DNA of 64,000 nucleotides from NCBI GenBank assembly GCA_963769005.1, contig CAVYKC010000003.1:60559-124558 (forward strand), written 5' to 3'. The notes under the pieces were generated by a model. That model had not been told where the DNA came from. It saw only the letters and a list, made by a program, of their open reading frames with translations, and did not search any database. Both the position numbers and the translations under genes were made by a program. Of the stretch, positions 1 through 10,251 are shown one piece after another. Each line of letters begins with the position of its first letter. The first letter of the stretch is position 1. Source of the stretch: an uncultured Actinomycetota bacterium (GTDB lineage Bacteria > Actinomycetota > Actinomycetes > Actinomycetales > Microbacteriaceae).

Positions 1-631
1 ACAGACGGTTGTTCCAGAAGTACGGCAGGAAGTTGCCGTCGGCCGACTTCTTCATCGCACGCGACACCTGGAAGAAGTCGTCGACCGTCCAGTCGTCGCG
101 CGGACGCTCCAGTCCTGCCCGCTCGAGCGCACCGGTGTTGTAGAAGATGTTCGGAGCGTTGAAGTTGTCGGGCAGCTGGAAGAGATTGCCCTTGTACATG
201 AAAGCCTCGACGAGTGCGGGATGCACGTCATCGAAGTATTCCTTCAGCTCATCACCGTCGCGCTGCACGTACTCGTCGATGGGGTGCGCCATCCGCGAGG
301 CGAACAACTGGGTTCCCTCGGTGGCGACCGTGACGACATCCGGGGGCGTTCCCGCCGCGACCATGGTGAGGATCTTGGCGAAGTAGTTGCTCCAGTCCTG
401 CCCCTGGATCGCCACGATGCGCACGGCGATTCCCGGATGCTTCCGCTGGAACCCCTCGACGAGCGCCTGCCGTGCGGCAGCATCCTGCGCCGTACCGAAG
501 AGGGCGACCGTCAACGCATCGTCGCCGCGACCGGGAATGTCCCCACCGGTGAGGCGGGGCCATGAGACGGCGGTGCCGACCGCACCGAGTCCGAGCAGGG
601 CGATCATCGCCCTGCGACTGAGTTCAACCAC
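1..631 (-). CDS. Sugar ABC transporter substrate-binding protein (partial, runs off window start)
   Basis: Manual translation from GTG at 631: MVELSRRAMIALLGLGAVG...GFQRKHPGIAVRIV...KILTMVAAGTPPDVV...YKGNLFQLP; family-1 SBP motifs; divergent from LacI. Confidence 0.85.
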   Translation of the reverse strand, partial: MVELSRRAMIALLGLGAVGTAVSWPRLTGGDIPGRGDDALTVALFGTAQDAAARQALVEGFQRKHPGIAVRIVAIQGQDWSNYFAKILTMVAAGTPPDVVTVATEGTQLFASRMAHPIDEYVQRDGDELKEYFDDVHPALVEAFMYKGNLFQLPDNFNAPNIFYNTGALERAGLERPRDDWTVDDFFQVSRAMKKSADGNFLPYFWNNRL

Positions 632-687
632 GTTGTCGTTCCCTGCTCGTAGGTTTCGCCCGAGCCGTCGACTACGACGAACTCAGG

Positions 688-705
688 TGCTGAATTGATT
701 CAGCA
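688..705. promoter_or_regulatory. LacI-type operator 1 TGCTGAATTGATTCAGCA
   Basis: Perfect 8-bp arms, between divergent SBP and LacI genes. Confidence 0.75.
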
Positions 706-747
706 AGAGAGAAAGTAGCACCCGACCGCACCTGCTGACAAGGGATA

Positions 748-765
748 TGCTGAAATGGTTCAGCA
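748..765. promoter_or_regulatory. LacI-type operator 2 TGCTGAAATGGTTCAGCA
   Basis: 7-bp arms identical to operator 1, just upstream of LacI start. Confidence 0.7.
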
Positions 766-782
766 CATGGGGGAGACAGACG

Positions 783-1826
783 ATGAATGAGCCGGTAGCG
801 CGCCGCGTCACGCTCGCCGACGTCGCCCGGCACTCCGGCATGTCGAAGGCTGCCGTGAGCATGATCCTCAACGACAAACCGGGCACTCGCCTGTCCGAAC
901 AGGCGACCGAACGGGTGCGCGCCGCCGCCGCCGAGCTCGGCTACCGACCCAACCCTGCCGCCCAGAGCCTGCGGCTCGGCAAGACCCGGGCGATCGGGTT
1001 CATCTCCGACCAGGTGACCATCACCCGCTACGCCTCCGGCATGATCAGCGGCGTCCTCGCCGCGGCCAAGGAGTTCGGCCATTCCGTGCTGATCGCAGAA
1101 GCGGGCGACGACGGCCAGTCCGGTATCGCCGACGCATTCGAATCGATGGTCGACCGGAGGGTCGATGGAGTGCTCGTCGGCCTCCTGGGGGCGCGTCTGA
1201 TCGAACTGCCCGAGACCACCGTGCCGGTGGTCGTCGTGAACGGGACGACGACGGCAGGTCACCCCAGCATCCTCCCGGACGAGCGCGCAGCCGGTCTGGC
1301 CGTCGTGCGCCGCCTCACCGCAGCGGGACACCATCGCATCGGGCTGATCGGCGATGTCCCGCACGCGTTCGGCAACCCCCACGAGAGCGTGACGATCGAT
1401 CTTCGTTTCGCGGGAATGGACGAGGCCTTCGCCGAGGCCGGGATCGTTCCGGTGCGAGTGGCCGTGCCGGATTGGATCCCCCAGGTCGGGTACGTCGAGA
1501 CGCATCGGATGCTGGATGCGCATCCCGACCTCACCGCGATCCTGGCCTGCAACGACAACGTCGCCTTCGGCGTCTATCAAGCCCTCGCCGAGCGCGGAAC
1601 GCGTGTGCCACGCGATATCTCGGTGATCTCCTATGACGACGAAGAACTCGCAGGCTATCAGCGGCCGGGCCTCACCACCGCCCGGCTGCCCTACGAGGAG
1701 ATGGCGCGACGCGGCGTGCAGATGCTCCTCGGCAACAGTGAGCCGGCGCATGAACTGGTGCCGATGCCGCTGATCGAACGGGAATCGGTCGGCCCGCCGG
1801 CGGGAGCGCCGTCGACTCGCGAATGA
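783..1826 (+). CDS. LacI family transcriptional regulator
   Basis: VTLADVARHSGMSKAAVSMILN HTH, LGYRPNPAAQSL hinge, sugar-binding domain; start placed at second Met. Confidence 0.92.
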   Translation: MNEPVARRVTLADVARHSGMSKAAVSMILNDKPGTRLSEQATERVRAAAAELGYRPNPAAQSLRLGKTRAIGFISDQVTITRYASGMISGVLAAAKEFGHSVLIAEAGDDGQSGIADAFESMVDRRVDGVLVGLLGARLIELPETTVPVVVVNGTTTAGHPSILPDERAAGLAVVRRLTAAGHHRIGLIGDVPHAFGNPHESVTIDLRFAGMDEAFAEAGIVPVRVAVPDWIPQVGYVETHRMLDAHPDLTAILACNDNVAFGVYQALAERGTRVPRDISVISYDDEELAGYQRPGLTTARLPYEEMARRGVQMLLGNSEPAHELVPMPLIERESVGPPAGAPSTRE

Positions 1827-1915
1827 TCAGCACGGTGCCGAATCCGACGACCGAGATGTCAGCGGGGCACCTCCAGTCCCAGTTGGTGGGCATTGTTCAA
1901 CGGGGCCAGGCCTTG

Positions 1916-1935
1916 AAACCTCCGATCGGAGGTTT
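1916..1935. promoter_or_regulatory. Perfect 20-bp palindrome AAACCTCCGATCGGAGGTTT, probable TetR operator
   Basis: Perfect palindrome upstream of TetR; 16/20 copy at 4662-4681. Confidence 0.7.
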
Positions 1936-1965
1936 TCTATGCGGGCCGGTGGGTATCATCAGGAC

Positions 1966-2577
1966 ATGACCGATTCTCCCGTCGACGCGTCCCGCGCCAG
2001 GGGTCGATACCCGAAGGGCGTCGCGCGACGCCAGGAGATTCTCGACAGGGCGATCGAAGTCTTCGCTCGGCGCGGCTCGAAGAAGACGAGTCTGCGCGCG
2101 ATCGCCCAGGAGGTCGGAGTGACGCACGCCGCGCTCACCCACTACTTCGGGTCGCTCGAAGAGCTGCTCGTGGCGGTGTACCGCGAGTCCGAGCGCCGAT
2201 CCGACGAGACCGAACCGGAGCCGTCCGACGTCACCCCCGCGATGTCGATGCGGATCGCGGCCGAGAAGAACCGCAGCATCCCCGGTCTCGTGCAGCTGTA
2301 CTCGATCCTCACCGCCAACGCGATCGAGGACGACCACCCGGCCGCACAGGAGTTCGCGACGGCTCGGTTCGCCCGCCTCCGCGGCGACATCGCCGAGCAG
2401 GTCCGCGATCTTCAGTCATCGGGCCGACTTCGTGGCGATCTCGACGCCGCCCTCGTCGCCGCGCTGGTGATCGCGGCATCCGACGGCCTGCAGACCCAGT
2501 GGCTGCTCGACCCGACGGTCGACCACGAGGGAGCGCTCGAGATGCTCGATCGCCTGCTCGCCGGCGACGCCACCTGA
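1966..2577 (+). CDS. TetR/AcrR family regulator
   Basis: RRQEILDRAIEVFARRG...SLRAIAQEVGVTHAALTHYFGS HTH; TATCAT-N6-ATG leaderless start. Confidence 0.9.
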   Translation: MTDSPVDASRARGRYPKGVARRQEILDRAIEVFARRGSKKTSLRAIAQEVGVTHAALTHYFGSLEELLVAVYRESERRSDETEPEPSDVTPAMSMRIAAEKNRSIPGLVQLYSILTANAIEDDHPAAQEFATARFARLRGDIAEQVRDLQSSGRLRGDLDAALVAALVIAASDGLQTQWLLDPTVDHEGALEMLDRLLAGDAT

Positions 2578-2596
2578 CGGCGCCCGAGACGCAAGG

Positions 2597-2634
2597 CCGC
2601 GGGCCCGACAGCTCGATGGCTGTCGGACCCGCGG
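2597..2634. terminator. Hairpin between convergent genes (probable bidirectional terminator)
   Basis: 16-bp arms with 1 mismatch, 6-nt loop. Confidence 0.6.
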
Positions 2635-2653
2635 ACTCGGTGCGTCCCTGAAC

Positions 2654-3778
2654 TCAGAGTGTCGCGGCGAACGGGTCGAAGCCCGCAGGCAGGAGCGGCA
2701 CCGGTGCGACGGTGCTCTCGACGATCACCGTCCGACCCGAGGCTGCCGACTCCTGCGCGGACAGCAGGATGTCGAGGACGTGGTATCCGAGCTCTCCTGA
2801 TGCGACGTGCGGGCGCGCCTCGGCGATCGCGCGCACCATGTCGAGGACACCGAGACCGCGGCCGACTTCGACGGCGTCGTGCTCGATCTCGATCCACTCC
2901 TGCACGGATGACGTACCGTCGCGGATCACCCCCAGCGGCTTGACGTACGCGATGCGGCCGCCGAACTGGTTCGGGTCGGGGATCACGATGGTGCCCTCGG
3001 TGCCGTGGATCTCGACGATCCCGTGGCGCTCCAGGGCGGAGTCGAAGCTCAGCAGGCTCTGTGCCGATGCGCCCGCCTCGAACGCCGTGATGATCTGGAT
3101 CGTCGACGGGACCTCGACCGGGAACGTCGTCCCGGCGTTGGGCCCGGTGTGGATCTCACGCTCCTCACGCGCCTTGATTCCGACCGCCGATATGCGGTCC
3201 ACCGGGCCCAACAGGCTCACGAGAGCCGAGAAGTAGTAAGGGCCCATGTCCAGCAGCGGGCCCGCACCCTCGGCGAAGAGGAATGCCGGGCTCGGGTGCC
3301 ACAGGTCCGGCCCCTGCGTCTGGAACATGGTCTGCGCGAACAACGGGCGGCCGATGATGCCATCCTCGATCGCGCGCCGTGCCGTCTGAAAGCCCGGACC
3401 GAGCAGCGTATCCGGGGCGGAGCCGACTCGGAGCCCCGCGGCAGCCGCCTCGCGGAGCAACTCCGCAGCACCCTCGCGATCGAGGCCGAGCGGCTTCTCC
3501 GTCCAGACGTGCTTGCCTGCGGCGATCGCCGCTCGCGAGACCTCGATGTGCACGGCCGGGATGGTCAGGTTGATGACGAGGTCGACGCCCGGGTGGGCGA
3601 GGACGTCGTCGGCCGAACCGAACGCCGGCACGCCGTGCTTCTCGGCCTGCGCCTGCGCGCGGTCGAGGAGCAGGTCACCGACGATGACGACGTCGACGTC
3701 AGGGAACGATGTGAGGTTCTGCAGGTAGGTGTCGCTGATGACCCCGAGGCCGATGATGCCGATGCCGACCGCGCTCAT
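2654..3778 (-). CDS. Gfo/Idh/MocA family oxidoreductase
   Basis: GIGIIGLGVIS Rossmann, KHVWTEKPL, GPLLDMGPYY. Confidence 0.92.
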   Translation of the reverse strand: MSAVGIGIIGLGVISDTYLQNLTSFPDVDVVIVGDLLLDRAQAQAEKHGVPAFGSADDVLAHPGVDLVINLTIPAVHIEVSRAAIAAGKHVWTEKPLGLDREGAAELLREAAAAGLRVGSAPDTLLGPGFQTARRAIEDGIIGRPLFAQTMFQTQGPDLWHPSPAFLFAEGAGPLLDMGPYYFSALVSLLGPVDRISAVGIKAREEREIHTGPNAGTTFPVEVPSTIQIITAFEAGASAQSLLSFDSALERHGIVEIHGTEGTIVIPDPNQFGGRIAYVKPLGVIRDGTSSVQEWIEIEHDAVEVGRGLGVLDMVRAIAEARPHVASGELGYHVLDILLSAQESAASGRTVIVESTVAPVPLLPAGFDPFAATL

Positions 3779-4599
3779 CGGGCGAACCCGCCCTCGGTGA
3801 GGAACGCGTAGCTCGCGGCGATGTCGGCGAAGACGTCACCGGGCGCCTTGTCGTACTCGATGATGGCGTACTGGAGAGCAGACGCCGCGCGCAGCGCGTC
3901 CGCGAGCGGCACGTCACCGGTTCCGGCGTGGCGCTGATCGAGGCTGTCCGAGCCGAACTCGCCGGCGTCAGGGCCGAACGGGTTGGTCGCGGGGGCGACG
4001 CCGTCCTTGACGTGCACAGCGACCAGGCGGTCGCCGAGACGCGAGACGAGGCCCGCGACGTCCTGGCCGCCGACGAGGGCCCAGTACAGGTCGAGCTCGA
4101 TCACGACGCGCTCGTCGGTGAGGGCGACGAAGCGCTCGTAGGCGCTCTGCCCGTCGAAGTCGGCGATGAATTCCTGGGCGTGGTTGTGGTAGCCGACCTC
4201 GAGGCCGAACGTCGCCGCCTTCTCAGCCAGCACGTTCAAGCGGTCGGCGATGTCGGTCACACCCTCGAGCGTGAACCAGCGCTCCGGTGCGACGAACGGG
4301 TCGATGACGGTCTTCATCCCGAGCGTGGCGGCCGCCTCGAAGACGACCTCCGGGCCGGCGGTCGGGATGGAGGCGTCGGGCGTCCACAGCTCGTCCGAGA
4401 GCAGCGGCGCGTGACCGGTCGGCGAGGCGAGGCCCGAGGCATCGAGTGCGGCCCGGATCTGCTCGGGGCGGCGCACGAAGTCGAACGCCTCCACATTGCG
4501 CAGGCCGATCGCCGCGAGTTTGTCGAGCGAGCCTTCCATGTCTGCGGAGAACTCCGCTGCGAGCGTGTACAGCTGAACCGAGGTTTCTGGCAGGGCCAC
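3775..4599 (-). CDS. Sugar phosphate isomerase/epimerase (IolE/xylose-isomerase-like TIM barrel)
   Basis: SVQLYT, GYHNHAQEF, ELDLYW, VHVKDG, IIEYD; coupled to Gfo gene. Confidence 0.88.
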   Translation of the reverse strand: MALPETSVQLYTLAAEFSADMEGSLDKLAAIGLRNVEAFDFVRRPEQIRAALDASGLASPTGHAPLLSDELWTPDASIPTAGPEVVFEAAATLGMKTVIDPFVAPERWFTLEGVTDIADRLNVLAEKAATFGLEVGYHNHAQEFIADFDGQSAYERFVALTDERVVIELDLYWALVGGQDVAGLVSRLGDRLVAVHVKDGVAPATNPFGPDAGEFGSDSLDQRHAGTGDVPLADALRAASALQYAIIEYDKAPGDVFADIAASYAFLTEGGFAR

Positions 4600-4661
4600 G
4601 TTGACCTTCCTTGCGTGTGCGGACGAGGGGCGCCGATGCCGCCCGACGCCAGATTAGCAGG

Positions 4662-4681
4662 AAACCTCCAAGCGGAAGTAT
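4662..4681. promoter_or_regulatory. Second copy of TetR operator AAACCTCCAAGCGGAAGTAT
   Basis: 16/20 match to palindrome at 1916-1935, upstream of the IolE-Gfo operon. Confidence 0.6.
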
Positions 4682-4788
4682 CTTTTTCGAGGGTGAGCAC
4701 CTCGGTCCATTCACGCCGTTCACATCCGCTGGCAGCTCATGCTCCAGGTGCAGGTCGTGCATCCGGCGCAGGAGTCGCGCCGCCGCTG

Positions 4789-4923
4789 TCAGAGCTCGAC
4801 GGGCGGAGCAGGCTCGGACTCCGCGGCTTCGGGGTGGCGTGCGAGATTCACGATCGCGGCGATGAGGCCGCCCCAGACCGTGACCATGGCGATGATCATC
4901 ATGACGATCGCTGTCGTGGTCAT
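4789..4923 (-). CDS. NSS transporter small subunit (MetS-like), 44 aa
   Basis: Manual translation MTTTAIVMMIIAMVTVWGGLIAAIVNLARHPE...; ATGA overlap with NSS stop; not in ORF track. Confidence 0.85.
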   Translation of the reverse strand: MTTTAIVMMIIAMVTVWGGLIAAIVNLARHPEAAESEPAPPVEL

Positions 4924-6542
4924 GCGCGTGTTCCCTTCTCGGACGGCGTCTGCGCATCGATCACGCCGGTCTCCGGATCTGCGTCGTAACTCTCGTCGAC
5001 GAGGAACTCGTCGTACTCCGGATCATCCTTCGCATGCGAGCGGCCGCTCCAGGGCAGGGCCGACAGAAGCAGCGCGAGGATCACGAGGGCGACCACCAGT
5101 CCCCAGCCGAAGATCGCGAGGAACCAGCCGGGATAGTCGCCGTACGGCGTCGATATCTTGGAGATCAGCTCGCTGATGAGCAGGTAGCCGATCACGATCG
5201 GGGCCAGGATGCCGACCAGCAGTCTCCAGGCGATGCCGATCGGGAAGCTGGAGCGGCGGTTCAGATGCTCCTGCAGGGCCGGCAGCTTGTGCAGCAGCCA
5301 GGCCACGACCACGACGGCGACGAGGGCGACCGCCATGATGCCGAAGGCGTTGACGAAGGCGTCCGCGGTGTCGAGCACCGACAGCGCGGTCGTCGTGGAG
5401 AAGAGCGCCATCGAGACGATCGCGAGCGGGACCGACACCGCGAGGGTGGTCCGCACGCGGCCCCATCCGAGCTTGTCCTGCAGAGCGGCCACGATCACCT
5501 CGATCACCGAGATCAGCGAGGTGACACCGGCGAACACCAGCGCTCCGAAGAACAGCACGCCGATGATCGATCCGCCCGCCGCGTTGGAGACGATGGTCGG
5601 GAAGGCGATGAACGCGAGGCCGATGCCGGACGAGGCGACTCCGGAGACGTCGGCCCCCTGCGCGTGCGCCATGAAGCCGAGGGCGGCGAACACCCCGATG
5701 CCGGCCAGGATCTCGAAACCGGAGTTCGCGAACGCGACGACGAGGCCCGAGCCGGTGAGGTCGGTCTTGCGCTTGAGATAGGAGGCGTAGGTGACCATGA
5801 TGCCGAACGCCACCGACAGCGAGAAGAAGATGTGGCCGTATGCCGACGCCCAGACGGCCGGGTCGGCGAGCGCCTCCCAGTTCGGCGTGAAGAAGGCGTT
5901 GAGACCGTCCAGCGCGCCGGGCAGGAACAGCGACTGCACGACGAGGATCGCGAACATCACGGTGAGCAGCGGCATCAGGATCATGTTCGCCCTGCCGATG
6001 CCGCGCTTGACGCCGAGCGCCATGATCACGATCACCACGAGCCAGACGACGATGAGCGGCACGCCCACCTGCGGCACGAATTCGGTGGAGACGCCGACCT
6101 CTGCGACGCTCGCCGACTTCAGGAAGTCGATGAAGAAGAAGTCGTTCTCGTTCCCCGGGCCCCAGGTGAGCTGAGCGGAGAACCAGGTGTACATCGCCGC
6201 CCACGCGATGATGACGGCGTAGTAGACGGCGATGACGACGCTGATCAGCACCTGCCACCACCCCAAGGGCTCTGCGGCGCGGTGGAGGCGCCGGAACGCG
6301 AGCGGGGCCGACCCGCGGAAGCGGTGGCCGATCGCGTAGTCGAAGAACAGCAACGGGATGCCGGCGGTCAGCAGCGCGCACAGATACGGGATGAGGAACG
6401 CCCCGCCGCCGCCTTCGTAAGCGACATAGGGGAAGCGCCAGATGTTCCCGAGGCCGACGGCGGAGCCGATCGCCGAGAGGATGAACACGTTCCTGGAACC
6501 GAAGGCCTCCCGCTTGGGTGCCTGCGTCGTTGCGTTCGCCAT
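4920..6542 (-). CDS. Sodium-dependent transporter, NSS family (MetP-like)
   Basis: AIGSAVGLGNIWRFPY, GGGAFLIPY, FFSLSVAFG, GIGLAFIAFP. Confidence 0.93.
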   Translation of the reverse strand: MANATTQAPKREAFGSRNVFILSAIGSAVGLGNIWRFPYVAYEGGGGAFLIPYLCALLTAGIPLLFFDYAIGHRFRGSAPLAFRRLHRAAEPLGWWQVLISVVIAVYYAVIIAWAAMYTWFSAQLTWGPGNENDFFFIDFLKSASVAEVGVSTEFVPQVGVPLIVVWLVVIVIMALGVKRGIGRANMILMPLLTVMFAILVVQSLFLPGALDGLNAFFTPNWEALADPAVWASAYGHIFFSLSVAFGIMVTYASYLKRKTDLTGSGLVVAFANSGFEILAGIGVFAALGFMAHAQGADVSGVASSGIGLAFIAFPTIVSNAAGGSIIGVLFFGALVFAGVTSLISVIEVIVAALQDKLGWGRVRTTLAVSVPLAIVSMALFSTTTALSVLDTADAFVNAFGIMAVALVAVVVVAWLLHKLPALQEHLNRRSSFPIGIAWRLLVGILAPIVIGYLLISELISKISTPYGDYPGWFLAIFGWGLVVALVILALLLSALPWSGRSHAKDDPEYDEFLVDESYDADPETGVIDAQTPSEKGTRA

Positions 6543-6654
6543 GTCCGCGACCCTACCGGAGTACGCGGCCCTCGTAAGCGAAGCGGCCTCGAACTGACCG
6601 ATCAGCGTCGTATCGCTCGGTCACCCGCGCCCGGTATATCTGTCGGCGTGAATC

Positions 6655-6697
6655 CACACCTGCAGGCCGAAACATGCCGTTTCAGCCTGCAAGTGTG
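6655..6697. terminator. Long hairpin downstream of copA
   Basis: CACACCTGCAGGCCGAAAC / GTTTCAGCCTGCAAGTGTG, 19-bp arms with 2 mismatches, 5-nt loop. Confidence 0.55.
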
Positions 6698-6730
6698 CTT
6701 TCGGACCGACAAAGTGACGGGGCGGATGCC

Positions 6731-9025
6731 CTACGAATCGGCAGCGACGCTGCGGAACCCCCGCAGGCGCAGGCTGTTGCCGACGACGAAGACGCTGGAG
6801 AACGCCATGGCCGCACCGGCGAGCATCGGGTTGAGCATCCCGAGCGCGGCGATCGGGATCGCGGCGACGTTGTACGCGAATGCCCAGAACAGGTTCGACT
6901 TGATCGTGGAGAGGGTGCGCCGTGACAGGCGGATCGCGTCGACCGCGCTGCGCAGGTCTCCGCGGACGAGCGCGATGTCGGATGCCTCGATCGCGACGTC
7001 CGTACCGGTGCCCATCGCCAATCCGAGATCGGCCTGTGCGAGGGCGGGTGCGTCGTTCACGCCGTCGCCGACCATCGCGACGACCTTGCCCTCCTGCTGG
7101 AGCGCACGGATGACCTCGACCTTGTCCTTCGGCAGGGCCTCCGCATGCACCTGCTCGATTCCGACCTCCGCCGCGATCCGGCGGGCGACGGCCTCGTTGT
7201 CGCCCGTGAGGAGGACCGGAGTGAGTCCGAGCTCCTTGAGCTGGGCGATCGCCTCGGCGCTGGTCGGCTTCACAGAGTCGGCCACGACGAGGATGCCGCG
7301 GGCCTTCCCGTCCCAGCCGACCGCGACGACGGTCTTGCCCTCGCTTTCGGCGTCCCCCTTCGCCGTCGCGACCTCGCGGCTGAGGTGCTGCGACCAGTCG
7401 GCCAGGAGCGACTCGCGGCCGACGACGACGGCGATCCCGCCGACGATGCCCTGCACGCCCTTGCCCTCGATGTTCGCGAAGTCCTCGGGAACGGGCAGCG
7501 CCCCGACCTCCTGAGTCGCGCCCTTGGCGATCGCCTGCGCGATCGGATGCTCGGATGCGTCCTCGAGGGCGCCGGCGAAGCGGAGCAGCTCTGCGCGGTC
7601 GACGCCCGGCTCGGTGATGACGTCGACGAGAGTCATCCGCCCGCTGGTGACGGTGCCGGTCTTGTCCAGCACCACGGTGTCGACCAGACGGGTCGACTCC
7701 AGCACCTCAGGACCCTTGATCAGGATGCCGAGCTGGGCACCACGGCCGGTGCCGACCAGCAGCGCCGTGGGCGTCGCAAGACCGAGGGCGCACGGGCAGG
7801 CGATCACGAGCACGGCGACTGCGGCGGTGAACGCAGCTGTCACCGGGAACCCGGCGCCCAACCAGGCACCGAGCGCGGCCACGGCGATCGCGATCACGAT
7901 CGGCACGAACACTCCGGAGACACGGTCGGCGAGGCGCTGCACCTCGGCCTTGCCGGTCTGCGCCTCCTCGACGAGCCGGGCCATCTGCGCCAGCTGCGTG
8001 TCGGCGCCGACTCTTGTGGCGCGCACCACCAGGCGCCCCCCGGCGTTCACGGTGGCTCCGGTGACGGCATCCCCCTCGCGGACTTCGACGGGCACCGACT
8101 CTCCGGTGAGCATCGACGCGTCGACCGCGGACGTACCGGAGACGACGACGCCGTCGGTGGCGATCTTCTCCCCCGGCCGCACGATGAACTGGTCTCCCAC
8201 CGCGAGGTCCGCCGTCGGGATCTTCACCTCGACCTGGTTCCCCGAATCCGTCGAAGGGCCGCGCAGCACCGAGACCTCCTTGGCGCCGAGCTCGAGCAGA
8301 GCACGCAGAGCCGCGCCCGCCTGCTTCTTCGACCGCTTCTCGAAGTAGCGGCCGGCAAGGATGAACATCGTCACCCCTGCGCCGACCTCGAGGTAGATGT
8401 TGGCCGCACCGTCGGAGGGGGCGACCGTGAACTCGAACGGATGCGTCATCCCCGGGGTTCCGGCGGTGCCGAAGAACAGGGCGTACAGCGACCAGAGGAA
8501 GGCTGCGGACGTTCCCATCGAGATGAGCGTGTCCATCGTCGCCGCGCCGTGCCGGAGGTTCATCCATGCCGCACGGTGGAACGGCCACGCCGCCCAGACG
8601 ATGACGGGAGCGGCGAGAGCGAGCGATGCCCACTGCCAGTTCGTGAACTGCAACGCGGGTATCATCGCCATCGCGATCACCGGCACCGTCAGCACGATCG
8701 AGCCGATCAGCCGCTGTCGCAGCGCCGCCAGCTCGGGGTCGTCGGGGGAGCCGTCGGTTGGACCGGTCCCTGATCCCGTCGAAGGGTCGACCTTCGGGAA
8801 TGCGGCGGTGTAGCCGGTCTTCTCGACCTCGGCGATCAGCAGCGCGGGGTCGTATCCCTCCGGAACGGTCACCTTCGCCTTCTCCGTCGCGTAGTTCACG
8901 CTCGCCTGCACGCCGTCGAGCCTGTTCAGCTTCTTCTCGATGCGCATCGCGCAGGAGGCGCAGGTCATGCCGCCGATCTCGAGCTCTATGCCCGGCCCTC
9001 TCACAGGCACTGCCGATGTGCTCAT
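6731..9025 (-). CDS. copA: Copper-translocating P1B-type ATPase
   Basis: GMTCASC HMA domain, [39 protein letters not shown]. Confidence 0.93.
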   Translation of the reverse strand: MSTSAVPVRGPGIELEIGGMTCASCAMRIEKKLNRLDGVQASVNYATEKAKVTVPEGYDPALLIAEVEKTGYTAAFPKVDPSTGSGTGPTDGSPDDPELAALRQRLIGSIVLTVPVIAMAMIPALQFTNWQWASLALAAPVIVWAAWPFHRAAWMNLRHGAATMDTLISMGTSAAFLWSLYALFFGTAGTPGMTHPFEFTVAPSDGAANIYLEVGAGVTMFILAGRYFEKRSKKQAGAALRALLELGAKEVSVLRGPSTDSGNQVEVKIPTADLAVGDQFIVRPGEKIATDGVVVSGTSAVDASMLTGESVPVEVREGDAVTGATVNAGGRLVVRATRVGADTQLAQMARLVEEAQTGKAEVQRLADRVSGVFVPIVIAIAVAALGAWLGAGFPVTAAFTAAVAVLVIACPCALGLATPTALLVGTGRGAQLGILIKGPEVLESTRLVDTVVLDKTGTVTSGRMTLVDVITEPGVDRAELLRFAGALEDASEHPIAQAIAKGATQEVGALPVPEDFANIEGKGVQGIVGGIAVVVGRESLLADWSQHLSREVATAKGDAESEGKTVVAVGWDGKARGILVVADSVKPTSAEAIAQLKELGLTPVLLTGDNEAVARRIAAEVGIEQVHAEALPKDKVEVIRALQQEGKVVAMVGDGVNDAPALAQADLGLAMGTGTDVAIEASDIALVRGDLRSAVDAIRLSRRTLSTIKSNLFWAFAYNVAAIPIAALGMLNPMLAGAAMAFSSVFVVGNSLRLRGFRSVAADS
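8237..8258 (-). repeat. PSTxSG in-frame DNA repeat, copy B (in copA actuator region)
   Basis: GTTCCCCGAATCCGTCGAAGGG, 18/22 to copy A; encodes GPSTDSGN. Confidence 0.6.
8765..8789 (-). repeat. PSTxSG in-frame DNA repeat, copy A (copA HMA-TM linker)
   Basis: GGTCCCTGATCCCGTCGAAGGGTCG, 24/25 identical to lysS copy. Confidence 0.75.
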
Positions 9026-9061
9026 CGTCATTCCTCTCTTCCGCCTCGTGTCCTCGTGGGA

Positions 9062-10001
9062 TCAGTGCGCATCGTCGTGCGTGCTGGAGTCCTCGGCGTG
9101 CGGTGCGTGCGTCGCCTCGACGACGAACCGGGCGCTGTGCACGGCGCCGTCCACCTGGAAATCGAGGTACAGCAGGTACCGTCCGGCCGTCGGGGCTTCG
9201 GCGACGAACCCGATCTCGGGTCCCGATGTCTCCCCTGGATGGGGATCGTCACCCTCGGCGTGCACGTGCAGATAGGCGAGGTCGCCCTCGCGCAGCGCGA
9301 CGAGATGCCCGAACGCGCCGAGGTACGGCTCGAGCGCCGTCACCGGTGCACCGTCGCGCGATACCGTGATCGCGAGCTCGCTCGCCGCTCCGGCGGCCAG
9401 GCCGCCCGCGAGCGACACCGTGTATCCGTCGACCTCGTCGGTCTTCGTCAGCGCGGGATGCGCCGGGGCGAACGCCCCCGCGACCTCGACGGTGCGCGTG
9501 AGCGTGAGCCCGGAGGCGCCCTTCTCATCCGGCGTGAAGTCCGCGTAGACGCGGTAGGTTCCGGCATCCGTCCAGGTCCAGGGAAGCGACCACGCCCCCG
9601 TGCCCTCATCGAGTTCGGGATGCACATGGCGGAACAGGTCCCCGTCGGAACGCACCACGATGAGATGCAGCTCCTTGTCGTGCGCGGTGGCGTACGACGT
9701 CACCGGAGCGCCGTCCTCCCCGAGGATGCGGAAGCTCAGCACCCCGGGCTCGCCGACCGCTGCCGGGCGCCTCGATGGGCGCCAGCGTGAACCCGTCGGC
9801 GCTCAGCGAGAGGCCCTTCAGAGTATCCGCCGTGTCGTGCGCCGCTGTCCCTGCGTTCTCCGTGTGACCGTTCATCTCTTCCTTCTCCGCCCATGTGGCC
9901 GCCGCTTCGCCGGGGGCGACCGCGCCTGCGACGGCGAAGGCCGCACCGAAGGCGACCATCAACCCCGCTCCGTAGAGCGCGAGCCGTCCGCCGGTGTCCA
10001 T
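9062..10001 (-). pseudogene. Secreted/membrane His-rich heavy-metal-binding protein, split by one frameshift near 9765 (possibly sequence error)
   Basis: N-part MDTGGRLALYGAG...APIEAP continues in another frame as AAVGEPGVLSFRILGEDG...HLIVV..HVHP...GHLVALR..HVH; between copZ and copA. Confidence 0.75.
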
Positions 10002-10204
10002 CAGACGCGGACGGCCGAGTAGCCGGCCTCTGCGACAGCGGCCAGGACCTGGGCGTCGTCGGCCGGCCCCGTGACGACGAGGCGACCCGTCTTCGCGCTC
10101 ACCTGGATGCCTTCGACGCCTGCGACCTGCTCGACCTCTTCGCGAACCGACATCTCGCAGTGTCCGCAGGTCATGCCGGTCACCTGATACTCGTTCGTGG
10201 TCAT
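10001..10204 (-). CDS. copZ: Copper chaperone, CopZ-like
   Basis: 67 aa, VTGMTCGHC, AVAEAGY. Confidence 0.9.
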   Translation of the reverse strand: MTTNEYQVTGMTCGHCEMSVREEVEQVAGVEGIQVSAKTGRLVVTGPADDAQVLAAVAEAGYSAVRV

Positions 10205-10251
10205 GATGTTCCTCTCAGCTGGGACTCCTGCCCGGCACTGAAGTCAACCCT

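Noticed and set aside
2654-4599. Complete C-glycoside deglycosidase system
   Set aside because: No small beta-subunit (DUF6379-like) gene is adjacent, so only the general keto-glycoside hypothesis is kept
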